Source: Octopus sinensis
Taxonomy: Eukaryota
Reading direction: 5' to 3'
Length of the DNA stretch: 64,000 bases
Assembly: GCF_006345805.1 (NCBI RefSeq)
Contig: NC_043007.1
Location: 48,608,001 to 48,672,000, forward strand
Made by a program: the position numbers and the translations under genes. The notes below the pieces were generated by a model, which saw only the letters and a program-made list of their open reading frames with translations, did not search any database and had not been told where the DNA came from. Of the stretch, positions 10,359 to 20,871 are shown one piece after another (within the stretch, counting starts at the first letter, position 1; each line of letters begins with the position of its first letter).

Positions 10359-13079
10359 TCAGCAGCACGGGGTCAACGAGGTCCGGGGTACTTTGGGGAT
10401 CGGGGTACTTTGGGGATCCAGGGTACTTTGGGAATCCGGGGTACTTAGAATGGGTAGGGGGTATGTGGAATTGCTGCAGAAAGCAGCCCGGGTCTTTGTA
10501 GTCACAGCATATCTCCAGAGATCTTGGTCCTTCGCCATTGCCTCAGTGAGGCCCAATGCTCTGAGGTCATGCTTGACCACCTCATCCCATGTCTTCCTGG
10601 GTCTACCTCTCCCCCTGATACCTTCAACTGTTTGGGAGTGGCACTTCTTCACACATCTCTCTTCATCCATCCGCAGCACATGACCATACCATCGCAAGCG
10701 TCGCTCTTGCACACCACATCTGATGCTTCTTATATCCAGCATTTCTCTCAGGATACTTACACTCTGTTTTGCGTGCACACTGACACTACACATCCAGCGG
10801 ATCATGCTAGCTTCATTTCTTTCAAGTCTACGCATGTCTTCTGCAGTCACAGCCCATGTTTCATTACCGTGAAGCATGGCAGTTCGCACACATGCATCAT
10901 ACAATCTACCTTTTGCTCTGAGGGAGAGACCTTTTGTTGCCAGTAGGGGTAGGAGCTTTCTGAACTTTGCCCAGGCTATTCGTATTCTAGTGGTGATACT
11001 CTCTGTGCATCCACCTCCGCTACTAACTTGGTCACCCAGGTAGCGGAAACTATCAACTACTTCTAGTTTCTCTCCCTGGAGTGTGATGGAATCTGTTTTC
11101 TGAGTGTCTGTTGTGTCTATTGTCCCTGTGCATCTGCCGCACATGAAAGCTATCTTATCTGTTAATTTCCCTTTAATGTTGCTGCACCTCTTATGTGTCC
11201 ATAACTTACATTGGGTGCATCTTATGGAGTTTCTACCTGTACCTTTCCTACAGGTTGAGCAGGGCCACCTACCCGAGGGGATGTGTGCTGAGTACCTCTT
11301 GCTGCTTACTAATACTTTGGTCTTTGCTACATTTATTCTAAGGCCCTTTGATTCCAACCCTTGCTTCCACACCCGAAATTTCTCTTCTAGTTCCGGTAGT
11401 GATTCTGCTATGAGAGCTAGGTCATCGGCATAGAGGAGCTCCCAGGGGCATCCCGTTTTGAATTCCTCTGTTATTGCCTGAAGGACTATGATGAATAAAA
11501 GGGGACTGAGGGCTGAGCCCTGGTGCACACCTACTTCTACCCGGAATTCTTCACTATATTCGTTGCCAATCCTAACCTTGCTGACAGCCTCTCTGTATAG
11601 AGCCTGTACAGCCCTTATTAGCCATTCTTCAATCTCCAGTTTCCGCATCGACCACCAGATAAGGGAACGGGGAACCCTGTCAAAGGCTTTCTCCAAGTCT
11701 ACAAAAGCTATGTAGAGGGGTTTATCTTTAGCTAGGTACTTCTCCTGCAGTTGTCGGACCAGGAATATAGCATCAGTGGTGCTTCTACCTGGTACAAAAC
11801 CGAACTGCATTTCATCTAAACAAATTCTCTCCCTAATGAGATTGGTTATGACCTTCTCTGAGACCTTCATCACCTGGTCCAACAGTTTGATACCTCTGTA
11901 GTTATTTCTATCTAGAGCATCACCCTTACCCTTGTAGCAGTTGACTATGGTGCTGCTGCACCAGTCATTGGGTATGACTCCATTGTGAACTACCTGGTTT
12001 ACAATGCGGGTGACTATGGCATAGCCCACATAGCCAGCTGTTTTAAGCATCTCAGCAGTGATTCCTGATAGGCCAGGGGCTTTGCCTGGTTTCATATCCT
12101 TAATTGCCTTATCTACAAGGGAGCTGTCTATTCGGGTAGCTGGTCCCTCTACTGGGTCAACATTTGGCAGGCTCTCCTCCTCCCATTCATTCTCCTCATT
12201 CAGCAGTCTTTCATAATGGCTTCTCCAAGCCTCTTTCTTTTCACTAGTAGTAAAAGCAAGTGCCCCATCATCCATGCGGACACATTTCTCTCCTATAACA
12301 TCGCTATTTTCTCTGACACACTGTCTGGCAATCCGAAATACTTCAGCTCTTTGATCCTCGCGACGCTGGACATTGGCAAACTTCTTCTTTTCTGCTACAT
12401 CTTTGGCAATGTATACCTGCCGCCCAGCCTCCCTTTTGGCTATCTGGTACAGTTCCCTGCTGCCCCCATCCTTCCAGGCTTTCCAGGCCCGTCTCTTTTC
12501 ACAGATGGCTTTATCTACTGCACTATTCCACCACCACGTAATTCTAGGTCTGGAAGGGACTTTGCACCATCCACAGACTTGGTCTGTGGCACTCAACAAG
12601 CTGTCCCGTAGGAATTCCCAGCTACCTTCTATGTCTGACGTCTGAAGCTCCTCCTCCCTCTCATCAAATTTCTTGATGAGTATGTCCCTAAATTTCTGAC
12701 CATGCGAAGGGTTCTTTAGCCTCCAAATCCTTGTTTTCTGGATTGGTTTGTTTCTTGGAGTCCTTCTGGCCTCAAGCTTAAAGTCACTGATGATTAGTCT
12801 ATGCTGAGGGATACATTCTTCACCCGGGAGGGTCTTTGTATTCAAGAGCAACCCTGCATCCCATTGTCTGGTGAGGATGAAGTCTATTTGGCTAGCGGAG
12901 TCTCCTGACTGATAAGTTATAAGGTGGCAGACTGGCTTCTTGAAGTTAGTGTTGCAGATTGAAAGGTTACATGCATCACAGAATTCCAGCAGTCTAGTTC
13001 CCTCATCATTTCTGGTGCCAATACCATAGCCACCATGTACCCCAGTGAAGATACCCGATTTCCGCCCAACATGTCCATT
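10359..13079 (-). CDS. RTE ORF2 C-terminal part: end of endonuclease, reverse transcriptase, PHD finger, C-terminal domain
   Basis: Open from NGHVGRK (13079) through IDFILTR into the 830-aa ORF; RT motifs NYRGIKLL, FVDLEKAFDRVP, QGSALSPLLF, LLYADD, FRYLG. Confidence 0.95.
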   Translation of the reverse strand, partial: NGHVGRKSGIFTGVHGGYGIGTRNDEGTRLLEFCDACNLSICNTNFKKPVCHLITYQSGDSASQIDFILTRQWDAGLLLNTKTLPGEECIPQHRLIISDFKLEARRTPRNKPIQKTRIWRLKNPSHGQKFRDILIKKFDEREEELQTSDIEGSWEFLRDSLLSATDQVCGWCKVPSRPRITWWWNSAVDKAICEKRRAWKAWKDGGSRELYQIAKREAGRQVYIAKDVAEKKKFANVQRREDQRAEVFRIARQCVRENSDVIGEKCVRMDDGALAFTTSEKKEAWRSHYERLLNEENEWEEESLPNVDPVEGPATRIDSSLVDKAIKDMKPGKAPGLSGITAEMLKTAGYVGYAIVTRIVNQVVHNGVIPNDWCSSTIVNCYKGKGDALDRNNYRGIKLLDQVMKVSEKVITNLIRERICLDEMQFGFVPGRSTTDAIFLVRQLQEKYLAKDKPLYIAFVDLEKAFDRVPRSLIWWSMRKLEIEEWLIRAVQALYREAVSKVRIGNEYSEEFRVEVGVHQGSALSPLLFIIVLQAITEEFKTGCPWELLYADDLALIAESLPELEEKFRVWKQGLESKGLRINVAKTKVLVSSKRYSAHIPSGRWPCSTCRKGTGRNSIRCTQCKLWTHKRCSNIKGKLTDKIAFMCGRCTGTIDTTDTQKTDSITLQGEKLEVVDSFRYLGDQVSSGGGCTESITTRIRIAWAKFRKLLPLLATKGLSLRAKGRLYDACVRTAMLHGNETWAVTAEDMRRLERNEASMIRWMCSVSVHAKQSVSILREMLDIRSIRCGVQERRLRWYGHVLRMDEERCVKKCHSQTVEGIRGRGRPRKTWDEVVKHDLRALGLTEAMAKDQDLWRYAVTTKTRAAFCSNSTYPLPILSTPDSQSTLDPQSTPIPKVPRTSLTPCC

Positions 13080-13660
13080 AAATCTCCACCTACAAAGATG
13101 AGGTCCTTGTTACTAGTCTTTGAAGTAGCCTGCAGAAGGGTATCATAAAAGTTGTCCTTCTGATCATTTGGTAGTCCCGCTTGTGGGGCATAGGCTGAGA
13201 TAATCATAGCTGTGCCACTCTGTAGGACCAACCTGAGCTTAAGCACTCTATCACAAACCCTGACAACCTCTATGACCTTATCCACCCATTCCTCCGCAAG
13301 GAGAATGCCTACACCCCCTACACCTTCCGCGTTACCTTGCCAGTAGAGTTTGTACCTAAGTGCCTTGCCCGTGAGGACCCTAGCCGAAGCATCTCTCCAT
13401 CTTACCTCTTGTATGCAGCATACATCAACCTGTCTTCTCTCTAGCATCTCTACAATCTCACTAGACTTGCCTGTCAATGTACCAACATTGATAGTGCCAA
13501 CTCTGAAAACTGGGAAGGAGATGTGGGGGGGACGGGGGGGATTCGGCGCCTGAGAAGAGGAGGGTTGTTGTGGTGGTGATAGTTTTCGTGGTATTTTTCT
13601 TTTGATCTCTCTTCCAACCTGACCACGCCGTGGGCAGGAGCTGGTGTTAGCAGTGGACAT
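13080..13660 (-). CDS. RTE ORF2 N-terminal part: APE-type endonuclease (before the frameshift)
   Basis: VGTINVGTL...DVCCIQEVRW...SAYAPQ...FVGGD; frame is lost at GGA GAT TT AAT (13087-13077), where GDFN is expected. Confidence 0.9.
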
Positions 13661-14045
13661 TCGTTATCGTCACTGAGTAACGTAATTAGGTAGAGGAAAG
13701 AAATACAGATATTCTAGAGTTGAGTTGGGGAGGGGGGTCCAGTTGAGGCGGGTAGTATAGGGGAGCAACCAGTGGGGAAGGTTGGGGTAAGGAGGAACGA
13801 TGGCAGGAAGGATTGGGGTAGGTTCGTAAGAAATAAAAAACGTAGGATATTACGAGGCGGAAGGGTACTAAAAGGGGATGGTCGGATTGAGGCAGTGTCA
13901 GGAGGAAGCAAAGATCGGTGGGCAGTTGAGCTATGGCGCTAGCAGCTTGTCTTTTCACAGTGAAAGCATATGAGGAGAAGGGGTAGTGGAGGGAGGAGGA
14001 GGGAGTAGGGCGTATCCGGTGTAGATGGTGAGAACAGGGTATACT

Positions 14046-14195
14046 GGTATTGGTGGTGGGGGTGAGAACAGTGTTCACCGGTATTGGTGGTGGCGGTGAG
14101 AAGTGTTCACCGGTATTGGTGGTGGGGGTGAGAACAGTGTTCACCGGTATTGGTGGTGGGGGTGAGAACAGTGTTCATCGGTATTGGTGGTGGGG
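14046..14195. repeat. 32-34-nt G-rich tandem repeat x4.5 in the RTE 5' region
   Basis: ggtattggtggtgggggtgagaacagtgttcacc repeated. Confidence 0.92.
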
Positions 14196-14859
14196 GTGGG
14201 GGGCGGCCGCACCGCCAATGGCGGAAAGATGGGAAAAGATAGGATTACGGCTTGAGGTAGCCTAAGGTTAAATTTCGTAGAGAGAGAGATAGGAAAGATA
14301 AATCAAGTTATGGCGAAGGCTTGAAAGTAGCCTAAAAGGTTAAATTTTCGTAGCGAATGAGATGGGTAAGACGAATCAAGTTATCAATGTATGAATAAAC
14401 GTAGTAACAACGAATAAAAATAGTAAGATAAATTTTTCGGTATGAGACACAAATGTACACACACACACGCATGTGATCCTGTATATTACTGGCATTTATT
14501 TTCACTCTCATTGAGACCATCATTAAAGTAGAAAATATATATATAAAGTTTTTCATCTTATGACATAATGTACTATAAGTGCTTGGGTTGGTTTACCACT
14601 AAAACGCCAGCTTGAGCTCCGACTGAAAGAAGGTGGTGTTGAAGCTGCCTATCAAAGATGGGGGGGAAGTGAGGCGGAGTAGGGGCTGAAACTGGCCATG
14701 GTTCCTCCTGATGATGTCATTAGTCACTGGATCTTAGAAAAGAGCTGTTGAGGGAGTGAACTACGAAATGTAGTTGGAATTCCTATATAAATATATGTAT
14801 GAGTGAGTAGACAAATGAAAGAAGGGCACTCAACACATTTATTGGAAGCTACATGTATA

Positions 14860-15012
14860 GATCAAAACAGTTTGATTCAAACACTTTGGTACTCTGAGTT
14901 GAAAGTGAGTTGCTTGACTTTGACCATTGGATGACATAAATCTGTTGGCAAAAGACTAGCGACATGCTTGAAATTCAGAGTACCAAAGAGTTTGAATCAA
15001 ACTGTTTTGATC
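14860..15012. mobile_element. Small MITE-like element with 41-nt terminal inverted repeats
   Basis: 14860-14900 gatcaaaacagtttgattcaaacactttggtactctgagtt matches the reverse complement of 14972-15012 with 2 mismatches. Confidence 0.8.
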
Positions 15013-15019
15013 CATATAT

Positions 15020-15358
15020 ATCTGAGACCCCCTTCAGTCATGAATGACCATGAGATTGCACCTAGAAAGTTACCCTCCAAGGCACAAATCTGGGCAAGGT
15101 TGTTTATGGAAGGCCAGCAGTTGCCCATGCATACCATCTTCCCCTCTCCACATCACTGATGTTATCCAAGGGAAAGGCAAAGGCTGATACAGCTTGGCAC
15201 CAGTGATGTTGCCACTCATTTCTACAGCTGAGTTAACTGGAGCAACGTGAAATAAAGTGTCTTGCTCAAGAACACAACACGCAGCCCAGTCTTGGAATTG
15301 AACTCACAACCTCACGATGGTAAGCTCGACGCTCTAATCACTGAGCCATGCACCTTCA
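15020..15358 (-). mobile_element. tRNA-head SINE with CORE-like central domain
   Basis: Minus strand: ggtgcatggctcagtg...gagttcaattcc head, then gtgttcttgagcaagacactttatttcacgttgctccagttaactcagctgtagaaatgagt. Confidence 0.75.
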
Positions 15359-15387
15359 CAGATATGTATATACATATGTATATATAC

Positions 15388-15441
<54 letters not shown>

Positions 15442-15916
15442 TCACACACACATACATGCACACACATAAATATATAAAATCATATATATATGTATGTGTG
15501 TATATGTATCTATATGTGTATGTATACACAGATACACACAGTGAGTTTCTCCATTACTTCCATCTTTCAGATTTCACTCACAAATGCGCAGCAGTCATAA
15601 CTTTCAATGTCCTTCTTGTTTTGTAATACGTAAATATCTTACTGACAACTATATTATATAAACAAATGTGATATAGTAATATAATTTCTCAAATCACAGT
15701 AAACAAACAGGTTAATTTCACATTGTTGGTATTCAATTTTTACCGTATCACTGATGTTGGTTGATGGTAGAAACAGTAGCATGTCAGACAAACACTTGAA
15801 GTATTTAATTACACAGCTCTCTGTTTTGAATTTCAATTTACCCTTGGTTAGCCTTAGGATTCTGAAGAGTGAACTAGATGTTGGTGGAAAGTAGCCAAGA
15901 TAGACAGAATTATATT

Positions 15917-16212
15917 TATCCATTCTTATCTTGTTCTAACAGATTTGAACATGAATATGTTCTGCTGGAGTAGTTCATCTTTGGAGAGCAACTCCTTTAG
16001 ATGCTATGTGTTGACAACCGACATTATTCAGTGATGTAGGGAGTAGAGTATGTAAAAGAGTAGGGTACATAAGTGGGTGTTTTATGTGTTGTTAACACAA
16101 ATCATCTAAAAGAAGAAGGTTAAACATCAATGCTCTCCTTAATCTAAATACAACAGTGATTAGCATATTCATGTTCAAATCTGGTAGAATATGTTAAGAG
16201 TGAATAGATTCA
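15917..16212. mobile_element. Degenerate fold-back/MITE-like element
   Basis: Inverted blocks ttctaacagatttgaacatgaatatg / catattcatgttcaaatctggtagaa, ggagagca / tgctctcc, tttagatg..gtgttgacaac / gttgttaacac..catctaaa. Confidence 0.65.
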
Positions 16213-17190
16213 TCATTGTTTTGATTCTCAGTTTGGTGTGCTCATGATAATTTGATAAGCAAAATTTATTATGCAAATACATTCAGATTAGTGTCCTCAT
16301 CTTCATTCCTTTAGTCACAATGCTTCAGACATTATACTCTCTGGCCTAAAAAGGACGCTGGAAGTAGCTCAACATTGTACCAGTTTCAAGTGGAGTTGTC
16401 TCCATTCTTGTCAGGTCAATTCTAATCTCATATATTTTATCTGAATTCCTGGGAATGAAGAATTATTATTATTATGATCTCATACTGTATCCATGGTTAA
16501 TGATTGTGTCTTAGTGCAGCTAGAAGACACTAATAGTTAGTATGGGAATGAGAGAGGGCAATGTTAGTGCACATTACAGTGGTGGTCTCATCACTGGTAA
16601 CTGTCAATCAAAGAAATGTGAACAGATGATGCTCATAGTTTATGTGTCTTAGTCTTTTCATCTTTGGTTTAATCACATTTTTACAGCTTCACTGAGGAAG
16701 TCTTATAAGACTCAAACATGTTCTGAGTTGTCTCCCAGTTGTTGAGTTGATAATGTCTTTTCTTTACCACAAAAGTATTTCTAATAAGATTTATGCCATG
16801 CTAAATATGCTATTACTAATTTAACTATCAATTTTCATGAAGATGGTATCTCTTGGTAATTAGTCTCAATGATTCAGGTTTCTTTCTAAAGATTCCTTTA
16901 GAGTTAATAAAATAAATCCTATTAAAATACTGAAGTTTGATTCAATAGATTTATGTCACTCTAGAAAAATTGGCCTTATCCCTTTCCAAGACGTTGTGTG
17001 ATCTATATATTGACTTTTCCCTTGCAGCTATGCCTATGGTAACACTCACGGACACACTAGCAACATAGCATTTGCATACAGGATAAAAGTGAGGGAGTGA
17101 CTATGTAGTCACTCAACCTGCTCTAAATAGCAGTCAAATCTCCCACAAACCTATGGTGTTAGGGCTACTCTGATAGGGCTGAGGTAGGTA

Positions 17191-17419
17191 TTAACCCTTT
17201 TATTACCAACCTGGCTGAAACTGGTTCTGGCTCTGTTGTACAAATGTCTTGTTTTCTTAAGTTTTGAATTAAAATCTTCTACCAAACCTTAGTCACAATT
17301 TATGTTCCTAACACTGGCTGAATGATAACGAAGTTATTTTGCTAAATTCTTTGTTATATTTAAAGTAATTGAAAGAAATGCAGAGCATCTCAAAATAAAT
17401 ACAGTAATGAAAGGGTTAA
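17191..17419. mobile_element. piggyBac-like MITE (TTAA-flanked, CCCTTT termini)
   Basis: ttaa|cccttttattac ... gtaatgaaaggg|ttaa. Confidence 0.7.
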
Positions 17420-17604
17420 ACAAAAGCCAGTAACAAATATATGGTGCATTTATGGACTTGGTAAGAAAGACATAACTAAAACTGATATAGAAAATATTCT
17501 CACTTCAAAACCTATAAAGGCTCAAGTGTTGTTTTCAGTTTAGATATTGATTTATTGCTGAGAATTTTATTTCACATGGCACTTTACAGTAAAAGTGATA
17601 GATA

Positions 17605-17624
17605 GATAGATAGACAGATAGACT

Positions 17625-17697
<73 letters not shown>
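17605..17697. repeat. (GATA)n microsatellite
   Basis: Directly visible; explains the YLSI-repeat ORFs. Confidence 0.97.
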
Positions 17698-17698
<1 letters not shown>

Positions 17699-17929
17699 AA
17701 GACAGAAAATGAGAAAGAGAGAGCACAGTAGTTTAAGCCATACATAAAAATGGACAATCAACAAGTGTTAATTCCAACAAACAAGAGTGTCATAGTTTAT
17801 TATGCTAGCAGAACATTTACATAAGAAACTGTCATTGAGCCAACATAGACAATGACACTTCAGCTGTTTTAGCAGATAAAATCTGTCTGACCTAGAATTC
17901 ATTTCGAAATGAAATTCAAAATCTTAATT

Positions 17930-17970
<41 letters not shown>

Positions 17971-18644
17971 CATCTACACACAAAACAGTGAAAAAATGAA
18001 CAAACTATTTTTATTTTCAATTATTTCCACTTCCAAACAAGATTATTTAATACACAATTAACTAAATTAATTTCTTTGAAATTTGTTACTTTTGTTTTAC
18101 TTTAAATTTGATACAGCTGGCCGGTTCTAATAAATTTCTCCCTAAAATAATTTATATATTTTCTCTTCAGTTTCTTTTCTTTTTTTCTTTTTTGCTTTTT
18201 TGTTGCTTCTTTCATTTACAAAATTGTTAGCATTCAACTGAGATCACTTGAAAGAGATTCTGAAAGAAATGAAAAAGAAAAAAAGAAAATAATTGAAGAT
18301 TCTAGTTAATTCTCAATGTAATAGTATTATTGTATGCTTCACTCATCTCTCCTCTACCCATGAGACAAGTGGTTCAATTTCTGCTGATAAAAAGCAAAAC
18401 AAATTCTTCGATTTTTTTCTAGCAAATGTTATTCTTTAAATGTATGTACTTTTTAAAACATTACATATAGTTATACAAAGCACACATGTACAATGAGGTA
18501 AAATGATAATGATGATGATAACCATGCTGTATAAGTATGTGTATGTGTACATATATGTATATATATGTATAAATATATATATGTATGTATGTATGTATAT
18601 GTATACATATATACATATATATGTGTGTGTGTGTGTGTACATAC

Positions 18645-20785
18645 TGAGCTGGTTGTAAGTCTGTTAATCTGTTAATCGTTAATTATCAAAGTTAACATTT
18701 TCATTAGCAGTTTAACTTTTAAGTTAACTTTGAAAATCATTATTGGACTAATTAACTTGTCACGTTTAGCTTCTGTTAACTGAAGTCCATTAACCCCAAA
18801 TTTCATAGAAACTGGTAAATGTTTAAAAGGCCAAAAAAGCTGATTTTATAGTTTTGGCACTTTTTAACCCTTTAGTGTTTAAACTGGCCAAAATCCATTG
18901 TATCTAATTCCTTTATGGAATCTTTTAGAAAAATAAACAAATCATGTTAGTGAATTTTTGTAGCATTCATATAATGTGAGGGCTTTTCTTCCAGAAAGCA
19001 CAAAACAGGGAGGAAAGCAAAATTAACAGAGGTGGATGTCAACAGAGAAAATATTGACTTCCATAAAGTGGAAAAAGTGAATGGAAAGGAAAATAGTTGG
19101 TAGATATTTCGGTGTGAATGCAAATAGCTATTACACGGTAGCAGGGTATACTAGAAAGAGCAACCAAATCTTCCCTTTCCTGGGAAAAGGAGCCGTTTAC
19201 GCGTGATTTTGATGTCACATTGGTTGAAAGCATGCAAAATAACCTGGAAAAGAAAAAAAGATCTGTGAAACAAACTTCGAGGTCCCCACCACCCCTCCCA
19301 CCTTTCTTTTCCAGAAAAAAGTGGCTTGCAGTGGGTTTGGAGATCAGTTACGTTGAATGTCCCTGAAAAAACCGTGGAAAAAAATTATTCCACACCAAGG
19401 TACGAAATATTTACCAAAAGAATAAAACCTTGTACCAATTATGCATGTATCTTAATTAATTCAAATTAATATACCTCATCTTGAAAAGGGGCAAAATTTT
19501 TGTCAGTTGCCATCTGGGATAATTTTAGTAACAAATCAAACAGGTAAGATGCATTAAGAATTTCGATTTTAGTGTCTGTCCATAATATTATTGCCCATAA
19601 TAATATTATTATGGGTAGGTAATTAAATTTACCTGCCCATAAAAGTCAAATTGACTCTGCAAGATCAGCAAAAAAAACTAAATAACTATAAACCAGTGGT
19701 ATATAAAGCACCCACTGACAAAATTTCAGATCTGTATGTAAAAAATTTACAAAGTTACAAGCAAATATTGTTGACACCCCTCTTGAACCTGAATAATTCA
19801 AAATAATGTGAGCAAATAAGCATTACATTTGACAGATTAATATGAACACTAAAGATGTTTTTAGGTGTCTTTATTTTTTCTTACACACACACACATAACA
19901 CAACCTCGCTCAGTTGGGACTACATGTGTGTTACTTTGACATCATCATTCCATAAAATATGTTTATGAGGAGAAAAATATTGAAAAATATCAACAGATGT
20001 GTGAGTGAGAAAGAAATAAGGAGGGAGGTTTTGGGATGTGCAAGAAACAACCAGATCTTTAAATCACACATATTCCTCTGAAATTATTAACAATTTTTTA
20101 AAATCAAAAATGTTTCTCCCACAGCTTTAAGTACATAGTGAAAAAAATGGCTAAAATCGTTTTGGACTGGAGTGGTGAGGGGGGGGGGGAGTGAAAAAAT
20201 ATTTTTTCTTTTTTTCATGAAAAGATGCCTCCCATCATTCTGAAGACTTTGGTGAAAAACATTGGAAAAAATCCCCATCAAAACAAAAATTCCAACTTAT
20301 GTGGACTGTCTGATTTGAAACTCCGTTTTCCAGAAACTCTCCACCACCCCCAGCCCCCTTCCAAAAATTTTGTCTACAAATTTCTTTGTAACCATAATCT
20401 ACAACGTCTGAAAGGTATTTACATAAAATTTCATTAAAAGATACCGATTTTCCAGAAAGTTATGAGGAGGGGAAATGTCGGGTCCTGTGAATTTTCTGAA
20501 ACTCCTCTCCCCAACTTCTTAGAAAACGTTTCTCCAACAAATCTTTACATACACTCAATCTACAGGATATAAGTGATTATTTGGTGAAAGTTTCGTTAAA
20601 AAGTATCCATTTTTCTGGCAGTTATGAGGCAACAAAGTTGGTGGGGTATTAAAACTGTAGTTATGACTTTTTTCAATAAAAGTTAACTTTAACAGATTAA
20701 TGTTAACTTCTGTTACATTTTCAAAGAATTACAGGATTAATGATTAAAGAAGTTAACTTTTTGATTAACAGTGCCCACCTCTATG
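18645..20785. mobile_element. Possible non-autonomous DNA transposon region with GTTAAC-rich subterminal ends
   Basis: Both ends (18650-18800, 20650-20785) carry clustered gttaac/gttaat motifs; right end reads tagaggtgggcactgttaatc on minus; internal diverged ~150-nt duplication at 20320-20625. Confidence 0.35.
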
Positions 20786-20871
20786 TATATATATATATAT
20801 ATAAATAATGCTTCAACACACATATAAAGAACCTTGCAAACCAAATCCCAAAACTAACTATATATATATAT

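Larger units (their letters stand above)
10118..14450 (-). mobile_element. Near-full-length RTE-clade LINE (APE endonuclease + RT), young copy
   Basis: (ATC)n at 10118 is the (GAT)n tail; EN and RT motifs intact; CpG-rich; long repeat-containing 5' region up to ~14450 (5' boundary approximate, no clear TSD). Confidence 0.95.

Noticed and set aside
14200-14460. HDV-like ribozyme expected at some RTE 5' ends
   Set aside because: No nested double-pseudoknot pattern could be recognised by eye on the sense strand. A covariance search would be needed.
19050-19400. Promoter-like CpG-containing patch (acgcgtg, attgg)
   Set aside because: The motifs are short, no associated exon was found, and it lies within a probable transposon-derived region.
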